DNA of 42,123 nt, from sequence record DRR723986_51470; one strand, given 5' to 3'. This document shows positions 27,867-37,211 of this stretch, piece after piece; the stretch's first letter is position 1; each line of letters begins with the position of its first letter. A model generated the notes under the pieces. That model was not told the DNA's origin. It was given only the letters and a program-made list of their open reading frames with translations, and searched no databases. The position numbers and the translations under genes were made by a program.

Positions 27867-30097
27867 TATTCGTTAATTTGCGTTGAGTCTTGATAAATCA
27901 ATGAGTCAACAGGTTCAACATTTTCGATAGCTTCAACTTCTTCCGAAGTTGTTTCTAAATCGTCTTTTTTTCCTTTGTGGATATCAGATCCGAGTCTCTC
28001 GAGATAAGCAATTAGGGCAATAATTTCCATGTTTGCTTTCGCTCTCTTAATGTCTGGATCTTGTGTTATGATTTTTTCATAAACTTCGTCAGCTTGACGT
28101 TTCAAGTCATCTACTGCCTGGTCTTCATATCCTTCAGGATAAGGGACTCCTAGCGATCTCATAACTGAAATTTTGTCAGCTGTTTGAGATACATCCAGTT
28201 CGTCTGTTAACCAAGTGTAAGCCGGCATAATAGAGCCTGGTGATGAAAGTTCAGGGTCGAGCATGTGCTTGTAATGCCATGACTCTGATTTATTCATGAT
28301 TTTGTTGCCAACACCAGATCTGTGTAAGTCTGGTCCTGTACGTTTTGATCCCCATTGAAATGGATGGTCGTAAACGAATTCACCTCCCTTAGAGTACTCT
28401 CCATATCTTAAAACTTCATCTCTGAAAGGCCTTACCATTTGAGAGTGACAGTTATAACAACCTTCACGGATGTAGATATCTCTTCCTTCTAATTCAAGTG
28501 GAGTATATGGTTCAACAGTTTCAATTTTTGTAACATTAGATCCTACCACCATGGTCGGAATAATTTCTATTGCTCCTCCAATAAGTATAGCGACTAAAGC
28601 AAGCAACATGAATTTTACAGGTCTTCTTTCAATCCATGTATGCCAGTGCTCACCTTTATGACCTTGTTTAGGATTTACTAAGGCCGGTGCTTCTGCGTCT
28701 TCATTCTTCAAGAAGTTCCCTTGCTGTGCAGTTTTGATTAGGTTATAGCACATCACCAAGGCTCCTACAATAAATAGGGTTCCTCCTAAAGCTCTAACCA
28801 TAAAGTAAGGCTTCATATAGGTTACTGTCTCGACAAAATTGCCATTAACAAGAATCCCTTGAGCATTAATGTCTTTCCACATTAAGCCTTGCATGAATCC
28901 GGCCCAATACATTGGTATTACCCAAAGAATGATTCCTAAGGTTGCAATCCAGAAATGAGCGTTAGCAAGTGTTTTCGAGTATAATTTAGTTCTCCATAAT
29001 TTAGGGACTAAAAAGTAAGCCATACCAAACGTGAACATTCCGTTCCATCCGAGTCCACCAACGTGAACATGTGCAACTGTCCAATCGGTGAAGTGAGATA
29101 TTGCGTTCACAGATTTTAATGAAAGGATTGGTCCTTCAAAGGTTGCCATACCGTAACAAGTGATGGCTACAACCATGAATTTTAAAACAGCATCATCTCT
29201 AACCTTGTCCCAAACTCCTCTTAAGGTTAGTAATCCGTTCAGCATTCCTCCCCATGACGGGAAAATCAACATAATAGAAAATACGATACCTAATGATTGC
29301 GCCCAATCTGGAAGAGATGAATACAATAGATGATGTGGTCCAGCCCAGATATAAATAAAAATCAATGCCCAAAAGTGAATGATGGAAAGTCGGTATGAGT
29401 AAACAGGACGATTTGCTGCTTTTGGAACAAAGTAATACATTAACCCTAAGTAGGGGGTAGTTAAGAAAAATGCAACAGCATTGTGTCCGTACCACCATTG
29501 AACCAGGGCATCTTGAACCCCGGCATACCAACTATAACTTTTAAGAAACGAAACGGGAAATTCAAATGAATTAACAATGTGCAACACGGCAACAGTAACG
29601 AAAGTGGCAATGAAAAACCAAATTGCAACATATAAATGCTTTACTCTTCTCTTTAAAATAGTTGCAAACATGTTCCAACCAAAAACAACCCACATTAATG
29701 TGATTGCAATATCGATTGGCCACTCTAGTTCGGCATATTCTTTTCCGGTAGTATAACCAAAAGGTAAAGTGACTACGGCTGCTAGAATAATTAATTGCCA
29801 ACCCCAAAAATTAATTTTACTGAGCATGTCTGAATACATTCTGGCCTTTAGTAATCTTTGTAAAGAGTAGTAAACTCCCGCAAAAATTCCATTTCCTACA
29901 AAGGCGAATATCACTGCATTTGTATGCAATGGTCTTATTCTACCAAATGAAAGCCAAGAAGTAATGTTCAAAGAAGGCCAGATCAACTCTAAAGCTGCGA
30001 AAAGCCCTACTAGCATTCCTATGACTCCCCATGTGATGGTAGCAATTAGGAACAGTCGAACAATCTTGTTATCGTAACTAAATTTTTCTACTTGCAT
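27866..30097 (-). CDS. ccoN: cbb3-type cytochrome c oxidase fused subunits I/II (CcoN-CcoO)
   Basis: RPLHTNAVIF, QWWYGHNAV, GPHHL, AHVHVGGLGW; C-terminal EGCYNCHSQMVRP, WGSKRTGPDL, SIMP. Confidence 0.97.
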   Translation of the reverse strand: MQVEKFSYDNKIVRLFLIATITWGVIGMLVGLFAALELIWPSLNITSWLSFGRIRPLHTNAVIFAFVGNGIFAGVYYSLQRLLKARMYSDMLSKINFWGWQLIILAAVVTLPFGYTTGKEYAELEWPIDIAITLMWVVFGWNMFATILKRRVKHLYVAIWFFIATFVTVAVLHIVNSFEFPVSFLKSYSWYAGVQDALVQWWYGHNAVAFFLTTPYLGLMYYFVPKAANRPVYSYRLSIIHFWALIFIYIWAGPHHLLYSSLPDWAQSLGIVFSIMLIFPSWGGMLNGLLTLRGVWDKVRDDAVLKFMVVAITCYGMATFEGPILSLKSVNAISHFTDWTVAHVHVGGLGWNGMFTFGMAYFLVPKLWRTKLYSKTLANAHFWIATLGIILWVIPMYWAGFMQGLMWKDINAQGILVNGNFVETVTYMKPYFMVRALGGTLFIVGALVMCYNLIKTAQQGNFLKNEDAEAPALVNPKQGHKGEHWHTWIERRPVKFMLLALVAILIGGAIEIIPTMVVGSNVTKIETVEPYTPLELEGRDIYIREGCYNCHSQMVRPFRDEVLRYGEYSKGGEFVYDHPFQWGSKRTGPDLHRSGVGNKIMNKSESWHYKHMLDPELSSPGSIMPAYTWLTDELDVSQTADKISVMRSLGVPYPEGYEDQAVDDLKRQADEVYEKIITQDPDIKRAKANMEIIALIAYLERLGSDIHKGKKDDLETTSEEVEAIENVEPVDSLIYQDSTQINE

Positions 30098-30275
30098 TGT
30101 TTTTAGTTTTTGATGTCGATTTCTTATTCTGAATCACTTCGTTTTCAAATAAAATCCGCATTGCAGGTCCTTCGATATCTTCATATTGACCTGATTTATT
30201 GGCCCACAGAAATGAAAGCAGAAAGAAAATTGCCAAGAGGATACTTATCGTTAGAAGTAAGAATATAATCTCCAT
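30078..30275 (-). CDS. ccoS: cbb3 oxidase maturation protein CcoS
   Basis: TM helix then WANKSGQYEDIEGPAMRIL. Confidence 0.93.
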   Translation of the reverse strand: MEIIFLLLTISILLAIFFLLSFLWANKSGQYEDIEGPAMRILFENEVIQNKKSTSKTKNNASRKI

Positions 30276-30299
30276 CCAAATTGATTATTGTTTATGGGA

Positions 30300-30417
30300 C
30301 AAAACTATCTTCTTACAAGAGGATAAAGATTGATTTATGAAAGTGCCAAACATGATTAAAATCATAATCCGAGAATACAATTATCAAAGCTTTTTCAAAG
30401 TTGGATAGATATCTTCG
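30300..30417. promoter_or_regulatory. Symmetric divergent promoter ccoS/usp with central Crp/Fnr-type palindrome
   Basis: -7 TAGTTTTG (minus, 30300-30307), TTGAT 30330-30334, ATGATTAAAATCAT 30352-30365, ATCAA 30383-30387, -7 TATCTTCG 30410-30417. Confidence 0.75.
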
Positions 30418-30446
30418 TGATGTTCAACTAACTAACAATAAAGTAT

Positions 30447-31253
30447 ATGAAAATTCTAATTCCAACAGACTACTCTCTTAATGCTCAACAAGCTACTAAC
30501 TACGGGATCAAATTGGCTCAAATATTATCAGCTGATGTTTTATTAGTACATGCTTATCACATGCCTGTTGTTGATCCTAATTTCGTTCCTAATATAGGAG
30601 CTGATTCAGAAAAAGAAGAGCAGAAAATGTTAGATAAAGTGACTCAATTTAAAGCTGTTTTTAAAAATGTATCAATCGATTCTAGAGTCATATATGGACC
30701 AATCGTTGATGTGTTGGATAAACTCTGTGAAGAAGAAAATATTGATTTGGTGGTTATGGGAACAAAAGGTCAAACAAATGCGATTGACAGGCTAATTGGA
30801 ACAATAGCTTCAAATGTTCTCAAAAATGTTGGGTGTGATGTGCTAGTTGTGCCGGCAGAAGCAGAATTTGCTGGACTTGATGAGATAGTTCTGGCAACAG
30901 ATTATCATCAATTGGATGATTATTCATGTTTCAATACGATTAAGAAAATCTTAGATCGCACAGATGCTAACTTAGCTTTGGTAAATGTTCAAAACGAATT
31001 GAATTTATTTCAGATACCAAGCAGAACAGAGAATCGTTTGCAAGAGTTTTTTAACAATTATAAACTGAGCAAACATTTTGTTCAATCAGATGATATTGAG
31101 GCGGCTCTTGAACATTTTGCTAAATCACATGCCGCCGATTTAATTGTATTGACGGCGCCTCATTATTCCTTCTGGCAAAAAATATGGCATAGAAGTTTGT
31201 CCAAAAAAATGGCGCTTCACAGTGAATTACCTGTTTTAGTTTTAAAAGAGTAA
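30447..31253 (+). CDS. Universal stress protein (tandem Usp domains)
   Basis: ILIPTDYSLNA, DLVVMGTKG...IGTIASNVL, VLVVP, LATD, FWQKIWHRSLSKK. Confidence 0.92.
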   Translation: MKILIPTDYSLNAQQATNYGIKLAQILSADVLLVHAYHMPVVDPNFVPNIGADSEKEEQKMLDKVTQFKAVFKNVSIDSRVIYGPIVDVLDKLCEEENIDLVVMGTKGQTNAIDRLIGTIASNVLKNVGCDVLVVPAEAEFAGLDEIVLATDYHQLDDYSCFNTIKKILDRTDANLALVNVQNELNLFQIPSRTENRLQEFFNNYKLSKHFVQSDDIEAALEHFAKSHAADLIVLTAPHYSFWQKIWHRSLSKKMALHSELPVLVLKE

Positions 31254-32168
31254 TTAATCAGTCGAAACCGCAGTTACAGTATATCCTTCTTTTTCTAAGA
31301 GATCAATTACTCCTCCTTCTCCAAATAGATGGGCAGCTCCAACTGCAATAAAGCATTTTTTAGATTGGATATTTTCTTTTATTTTAGGAATCCATGCCTT
31401 GTTTCTATCGTAAAGAAAAATATCACCGTATTCCATAAATTCTGGTGATTGTTTTTTCATCATAGGAATAAGTTTATCTACTTTTTGTTCCGCATAGATT
31501 TTCATTATCTTTTCAGTTTGTTTTTTCTCTTTATCGTAATTTTCAATACTTTGAACAACCATCTCAGACATACCTTCTTTGGGGATGATATCAAAGAATC
31601 CTAGTTGCTGTTCTAAAGTTTCTAATCCGATCAACGGAATTTCTTTCGACCCTGCTATACCCATAATATCCAGATCATATGATTCAGTGTCATCACTGAA
31701 ATAATTTTGAGTAATAGCTTGAATTAAGAAGAAAGGCTTCATCTGACCATAAATCTGGTAGAATTTTTCTGGATCAGTATCTAGTTTTTTATCAAAAAAC
31801 TCTACAATTGTAGCCATATCTTCAGCTGTAAATTGATCCCTAATGTCACCTGAATCAAGTTGCATTAATTCTAGTGTTTCAAGTGGGTTAGGCATTCCTC
31901 CAACCTCCATTATAATAGCATCACTTTCTTCTATTTTTTTGGTCATATTCTCAGTAAAATTGTAATACTCCGAATTGATTATATGCATGGTGCCATATAA
32001 ATATGAAGTTTGACAATCTTTTCCTTCTATTTTCCAAAGTAATGAGTTGCCATTTTCTACAATAATATCTTCATTCTCTGTTTCAGAAGTTGAAGTTTCT
32101 TTATTACTGGATGAACAGGATAAAAAATAGAAAACTATTATTCCAAATAATGTAATTTGATTTTTCAT
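31254..32168 (-). CDS. TraB/GumN family lipoprotein
   Basis: FLSC lipobox; LLWKIEG...SYLYGTMH, GLETLEQQL, RNKAW, FIAVGAAHL. Confidence 0.9.
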   Translation of the reverse strand: MKNQITLFGIIVFYFLSCSSSNKETSTSETENEDIIVENGNSLLWKIEGKDCQTSYLYGTMHIINSEYYNFTENMTKKIEESDAIIMEVGGMPNPLETLELMQLDSGDIRDQFTAEDMATIVEFFDKKLDTDPEKFYQIYGQMKPFFLIQAITQNYFSDDTESYDLDIMGIAGSKEIPLIGLETLEQQLGFFDIIPKEGMSEMVVQSIENYDKEKKQTEKIMKIYAEQKVDKLIPMMKKQSPEFMEYGDIFLYDRNKAWIPKIKENIQSKKCFIAVGAAHLFGEGGVIDLLEKEGYTVTAVSTD

Positions 32169-32172
32169 AAGG

Positions 32173-32877
32173 CTAGTTTATTTCTGCTAAATAGTTATAA
32201 TTCTCTCCTTCATAAAGAATATTGCAGGTAAGACCTTCGCTCTTACAAACATCTTTAAGTGTCTCTTGATCCACATATAACCAATTAAACCATCCAGTTT
32301 CAGATTGGTTGTATATCATATTAAATTTCATTTCTCCATAGTAAGACGAATTCAGGTCCATCCATATTGCACCTTCGTCATCTTCATACAGATATTTGAT
32401 GTCAGTTGAATCACATAAAATAGAGCCGCCTTCATTTAATAAGGATTTTAAATGTTTCAGGAAGTCAGGTAGTTGTTTTAAAGTTTGTGCTAACCCAAGT
32501 CCATTCATTAAAAGAAGAATGGTGTCAAACCTTTGCTCTTTAAAATCTAATATGCTTGACTCAAACGCTTCAATTCCTTTTGATAATAGATGCTCAACTG
32601 AGCCAGGTGAAATGTCAATTGCTACGGTTGATAAGTTTTGATTGGATAAATATATAGAGTGACATCCAGCACATGCCCCTATATCTAATATTTTTCCTTT
32701 GGCTAATTGCAGGGCTTTTTGCTCAAGTTCTGGCATTTCTTCAAAACTTCGGAAAAGGTAAGAAGAGGCAATTTCATCATCTTCGCATAAATCCGATTGA
32801 ACAATAATAAAATCATTGTTTTTGTCTTTGGAATAAGCTTTTATTGCTTCCCCAATCGGGTCATTCGATCTTGCCAT
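32173..32877 (-). CDS. Class I SAM-dependent methyltransferase
   Basis: ILDIGACAGCH, AIDISP, FDTILLLMNG, FNWLYVD. Confidence 0.88.
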   Translation of the reverse strand: MARSNDPIGEAIKAYSKDKNNDFIIVQSDLCEDDEIASSYLFRSFEEMPELEQKALQLAKGKILDIGACAGCHSIYLSNQNLSTVAIDISPGSVEHLLSKGIEAFESSILDFKEQRFDTILLLMNGLGLAQTLKQLPDFLKHLKSLLNEGGSILCDSTDIKYLYEDDEGAIWMDLNSSYYGEMKFNMIYNQSETGWFNWLYVDQETLKDVCKSEGLTCNILYEGENYNYLAEIN

Positions 32878-33428
32878 TAAATGTCCATGTCGTCAATGTT
32901 CTCAAATCCTCCAAATTCATCATCATCAAAATCGTCTGAAAAAATATCGTCAAAATCATTTCCTAATCCCATTGATCCTGACGCATTCGAATCACCTGAT
33001 AAATCAATATCCTTTGAATATTCAGAAGGGGCAAGACCAACTGAAAGATCTAACATTGGAGAATCAAAATCCTCCTGAATAACCTCTATCAATTCAATCA
33101 TGAAACACCACATGCGAAGAAAGTCATAAACCAATAAAAACTTTTGATTTGAGCTAGTTACCAAATCTTGAATAAGCGTTTCACCCATTATTGACGGAGA
33201 GTCAAGACTTTCTGATAATTCCATGTCCATTAAAGCTATCTCATGACCCTTGTCCCAGTTGTCATTGCTGACGTAGAAAGAAGCGAGTTCTTGTCCACTA
33301 AATTCGTAGGCAGCCATAATCGCTCTGTAAAAAGTCTCAAAATTCTCAGTAGATGATATGACAACATCTCTAAAAATTTCTTCACTCTTCTCAGTATCAA
33401 TAAGTACTCTGAATTTATATGAAGACAT
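32877..33428 (-). CDS. pRiA4b ORF3-like (IS1096 passenger TnpR family) protein
   Basis: FRDVVI, ELASFYVSNDNWDKGHEI, VYDFLRMWCFMIEL, acidic tail; TATATTTG -7 element at 33451-33458. Confidence 0.75.
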   Translation of the reverse strand: MSSYKFRVLIDTEKSEEIFRDVVISSTENFETFYRAIMAAYEFSGQELASFYVSNDNWDKGHEIALMDMELSESLDSPSIMGETLIQDLVTSSNQKFLLVYDFLRMWCFMIELIEVIQEDFDSPMLDLSVGLAPSEYSKDIDLSGDSNASGSMGLGNDFDDIFSDDFDDDEFGGFENIDDMDI

Positions 33429-33590
33429 TTTTATGCGTTAAGTTAGACTGCAAATATACATAGAATGTCAAGTAAAATTTAATTTTAATTTGGAGTAATT
33501 AACCTGTGAATGTTGGTCATCAAATTAGAAATACCAATTGTTTTTTACTTAAAAATTGGCTCTGGACTAGTAAATTCGTATTTTTATACC

Positions 33591-33926
33591 ATGTCAGTGG
33601 ATTTAACTGAAATATCGAAATTGTATTATTCAATTGGTGAGGTTGCCAATATGTTTGATGTGAATCCATCTCTCATTAGATTTTGGGAGAAAGAGTTTAG
33701 TTCTATTAAGCCGAAAAAAAACAAAAAAGGAAATAGGTTATTTACAGCAAAGGATATTGAACAATTTAAACAGATTTATGAGCTCGTAAAAGAGCAAGGC
33801 TATACCTTGGATGGCGCTAAAGCCCAATTGAAATCAGGGAATGATCAACCTAATGATAATTCAGCTGTTATTCTCCATTTAGAAAAAATTAAAAAAGAGT
33901 TAATTGATTTAAAAACAAGTCTTTAA
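33591..33926 (+). CDS. MerR family transcriptional regulator
   Basis: KLYYSIGEVANMFDVNPSLIRFWEKEF...KGNRLF...GYTLDGAK; ATG 33591. Confidence 0.92.
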   Translation: MSVDLTEISKLYYSIGEVANMFDVNPSLIRFWEKEFSSIKPKKNKKGNRLFTAKDIEQFKQIYELVKEQGYTLDGAKAQLKSGNDQPNDNSAVILHLEKIKKELIDLKTSL

Positions 33927-33959
33927 ATTGGTATAATCTTTGTACATTGATTATTTAAT

Positions 33960-34763
33960 ATGAAAAGAATTTTTTCCATAACCTTAATTGCAACTTTGAC
34001 AGTTTTCATGCTGTCGTTAATTGATCTATCAGACGCGAATAAACTTGCTGAGTCAGATAAATATAATGTTATTACCGTTCAAGGGAAAATTATCTTCAAA
34101 TCTTCAGGGGAAGAAATGAAGCGTGGTGATATCTACATTTCAGGAACACGTTTGAACTTTTTATCTAATAATTCAAGAGCTGCAATTGTCAATAAATCGA
34201 AAGGCAGATTCGTATTAACAGGTTCATCCAAAGGAAAAATAAAAGTACTTCCTGCGGTTAATAATATGTCTTCGCGGAGTGGTGCATTGTTGAACGTGGT
34301 TGACTTAAAAAAACATTTTAACGAGCGTTATCTAGTTTTAAAGAGATCAGAAATTCAGATTGGAAGTGCAGCATTCCCAATGGATAAGGACAATTTTTTC
34401 TATTTAACGTATGATCATAATGGAGAGGAAATCGCAAAAAAATTAAGACATGAAGGCGATTTTCTAATATTAGATAAAGATGAAATTTATAAGGTTGATG
34501 GTGAACCGATTCCTTACACAGAGAAAGAAATGACATTGTATTACCGTCAAAATGAGAAGGGAACAAAAATTAATTCTTTTACTCCTGTATTTGCAGATGT
34601 TGATGTGTTGAAAGAAGAAATCAACTTGTTACTTTCAACTTTGGATGACATCTCTAACGAAGAAAAAATTAAGGAAGTAACTTCCTATTTAATTGAATTT
34701 TACGGAAACCCTTATAAAAACAACTTAAATGCTTGGTTAAAAGCCGAGTTTGATTTAGAATAA
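33960..34763 (+). CDS. Exported hypothetical protein, tandem paralog A
   Basis: N-terminal hydrophobic segment; colinear similarity with 34776-35582. Confidence 0.85.
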   Translation: MKRIFSITLIATLTVFMLSLIDLSDANKLAESDKYNVITVQGKIIFKSSGEEMKRGDIYISGTRLNFLSNNSRAAIVNKSKGRFVLTGSSKGKIKVLPAVNNMSSRSGALLNVVDLKKHFNERYLVLKRSEIQIGSAAFPMDKDNFFYLTYDHNGEEIAKKLRHEGDFLILDKDEIYKVDGEPIPYTEKEMTLYYRQNEKGTKINSFTPVFADVDVLKEEINLLLSTLDDISNEEKIKEVTSYLIEFYGNPYKNNLNAWLKAEFDLE

Positions 34764-34775
34764 AAAATAGAATTT

Positions 34776-35582
34776 ATGAAAAGAGCAATTTTTACGCTAA
34801 GTGCACTAACTGTGATTACAGTTTTGTCAATTTCATTAATCGGTTTTAAAGAAACTGAAAAGTTAGCCGGTGCAGATAAATACAAGGTTATCAAAGTGGA
34901 TGGTAAAATAGTCTTTGAAAATACACGGGAGAGCATGAAGAAGGGAGATATATTTCTTTCAGGAATGGCACTAAGTTTTGAGACTCCACAATCTAGAGCT
35001 GCAGTGATTAGCAGTATAAAAGGGAGATTTGTATTGTCAGCTTCTCAGAAAGGTCAAACTAAAATATTACCAGCTGCTAATAACATATCCTCAAGAGCAG
35101 GTGCGCTTATAAATATGATTGATCTTCAAAACCACTTTTCAGGTAAGTATTTGGTTTTAGGTAAGTCGGAGCTGCAGTTAGGGCAAGAGGCTTTTCCAAT
35201 GAATGAAGAAAGTTTTTTCTATTTGACCTACACGCACAATGATGAACAAATCAGAAAAAAACTAAGTTCAAATGGTGATAAGTTAATTCTCGATAAAGAA
35301 GAAATTTTTAAAATTGACGGTGAAGCGATTCCAGTGGAAGAAAAACAAATGACTTTATATTATCGATCAGATGGAAAATCAAGTAAGGTAAATACTTTTA
35401 CTCCGGTTTTTCCAGATTTGAATGATTTAAAAGAAGAGGTTGAAATTATTCTTTCTGAATATGGAGAAAAGGATAACAAGACAAAGATCAAAGAGGTTAC
35501 TTCTTACTTGAATGAGTTTTATGGAAATCCTCAGAAAGATGACTTAGCAGCTTGGATGAAAGAAGAATTCTCTATCCAATAA
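34776..35582 (+). CDS. Exported hypothetical protein, tandem paralog B
   Basis: Shares DKYxVI, SRAA, KGRFVL, AFPM, FFYLTY, MTLYYR, FTPVF and KIKEVTSYLxEFYGNP with paralog A. Confidence 0.85.
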   Translation: MKRAIFTLSALTVITVLSISLIGFKETEKLAGADKYKVIKVDGKIVFENTRESMKKGDIFLSGMALSFETPQSRAAVISSIKGRFVLSASQKGQTKILPAANNISSRAGALINMIDLQNHFSGKYLVLGKSELQLGQEAFPMNEESFFYLTYTHNDEQIRKKLSSNGDKLILDKEEIFKIDGEAIPVEEKQMTLYYRSDGKSSKVNTFTPVFPDLNDLKEEVEIILSEYGEKDNKTKIKEVTSYLNEFYGNPQKDDLAAWMKEEFSIQ

Positions 35583-35666
35583 GTCAGTTTTATTAACACT
35601 TTCTATCGAGTTATCAACGAAAAATAATTTCGTTAACAATTACTTTATCTAAGCAATTGGAGTTGT

Positions 35667-35674
35667 TATCTTTG
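35667..35674 (+). promoter_or_regulatory. -7 promoter element of guaA
   Basis: TATCTTTG ending 4 nt before the ATG. Confidence 0.6.
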
Positions 35675-35678
35675 TCGC

Positions 35679-37211
35679 ATGCAAGAGACAATTCTAATCC
35701 TTGATTTCGGATCACAATACACGCAATTAATTGCGCGTAGACTCAGAGAACTCAATGTTTATTGTGAAATAAAGCCATGGAATAAGGCTCCTGATCTAAC
35801 TGATAATGTAAAAGGAGTAATATTATCTGGAAGCCCTTTCTCAGTAAGGGATGAAAAATCGCCAAAACCTGACTTGGATAAGTATAAGGGCAAAATTCCA
35901 CTTTTAGCAGTTTGTTTTGGAGCACAGTATATTGCACAAAATTATGGTGGAGAAGTATTGCCATCTGATATTCGAGAATATGGTCGCGCCAATTTGTCAT
36001 TTGTTGAATCAAATTCAATAATAACTAAAGGGGTTGAAAACCTTTCTCAAGTCTGGATGTCTCACGGAGATACGATTAAATCTATTCCTTCAAATTGCAA
36101 ATTAATCTTTAGTACAAATGAGGTTGAATTCGCTGGATTTGAAGTGTTAGGAGAACAAACATATGCAGTTCAGTTTCATCCTGAAGTTTACCACTCGGTC
36201 CATGGCGCACAATTACTAAAAAACTTCATTGTAGAGGTTTGTAAATGTTCTCAAGATTGGACACCAGATTCTTTCATTGAAAGTACAATCTCAAGTCTTC
36301 AAGAGAAGTTGGGTGATGATAAAGTCATTTTAGGTTTGTCTGGAGGGGTTGATTCTTCAGTTGCAGCAACCTTATTACATAAGGCGATTGGAGATAACTT
36401 GCATTGTATTTTTGTTGATAATGGATTGCTGAGAAAAAATGAATTTGATGAAGTGCTTGAATCTTACAAAGGTTTAGGACTGAACGTAAAAGGAGTTGAT
36501 GCGAAAGCTCTTTTTTATGCAGGTCTTGCAAATGAATCAGATCCTGAAAAGAAAAGAAAAATTATAGGGGGCGTATTTATTGATGTCTTTGATGAAGAAT
36601 CGAAGAAAGTTGAAAATGCTAAATGGTTAGGGCAGGGTACAATTTATCCAGATGTAATCGAGTCAGTTTCGGCTACCGGTGGGCCTTCACAAACTATTAA
36701 ATCTCATCACAATGTGGGAGGATTGCCTGACTATATGAAACTGCAAGTTGTTGAGCCATTGAGGCTCCTATTTAAAGATGAGGTAAGGAGAGTAGGTAGG
36801 GCTTTAGATATTCCAGAAAAGATAATTGGAAGACATCCTTTTCCTGGACCTGGCCTGGGAATTAGAATTTTAGGAGATATAACGGCTGAAAAGGTACGAA
36901 TCTTGCAAGAGGTGGATTATATATTTATTAACGGATTGAAAGAAGCTGGTTTATATAATGATGTTTGGCAGGCTGGAGCAATGTTGCTTCCGGTTCAATC
37001 AGTCGGTGTTATGGGGGATGAAAGAACGTATGAAAATGCGGTCGCTTTAAGAGCTGTGTCATCTACAGATGGTATGACAGCGGATTGGTGTCATTTACCA
37101 TACGAGTTTTTAGCCAAGGTTTCGAATGACATTATTAATCAAGTAAAAGGTATTAATAGAGTGACGTATGATATCAGCTCTAAACCTCCAGCAACGATAG
37201 AATGGGAATGA
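35679..37211 (+). CDS. guaA: GMP synthase (glutamine-hydrolysing)
   Basis: [50 protein letters not shown]. Confidence 0.99.
   Translation: MQETILILDFGSQYTQLIARRLRELNVYCEIKPWNKAPDLTDNVKGVILSGSPFSVRDEKSPKPDLDKYKGKIPLLAVCFGAQYIAQNYGGEVLPSDIREYGRANLSFVESNSIITKGVENLSQVWMSHGDTIKSIPSNCKLIFSTNEVEFAGFEVLGEQTYAVQFHPEVYHSVHGAQLLKNFIVEVCKCSQDWTPDSFIESTISSLQEKLGDDKVILGLSGGVDSSVAATLLHKAIGDNLHCIFVDNGLLRKNEFDEVLESYKGLGLNVKGVDAKALFYAGLANESDPEKKRKIIGGVFIDVFDEESKKVENAKWLGQGTIYPDVIESVSATGGPSQTIKSHHNVGGLPDYMKLQVVEPLRLLFKDEVRRVGRALDIPEKIIGRHPFPGPGLGIRILGDITAEKVRILQEVDYIFINGLKEAGLYNDVWQAGAMLLPVQSVGVMGDERTYENAVALRAVSSTDGMTADWCHLPYEFLAKVSNDIINQVKGINRVTYDISSKPPATIEWE

Noticed and set aside
27866-30097. CcoN-CcoO fusion as a novelty
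   Set aside because: Established arrangement in Bacteroidota cbb3 oxidases
32877-33428. Mobile element suggested by the IS1096-passenger/pRiA4b family label
   Set aside because: No transposase, terminal repeats or target duplication; the gene is coupled to a housekeeping-type operon
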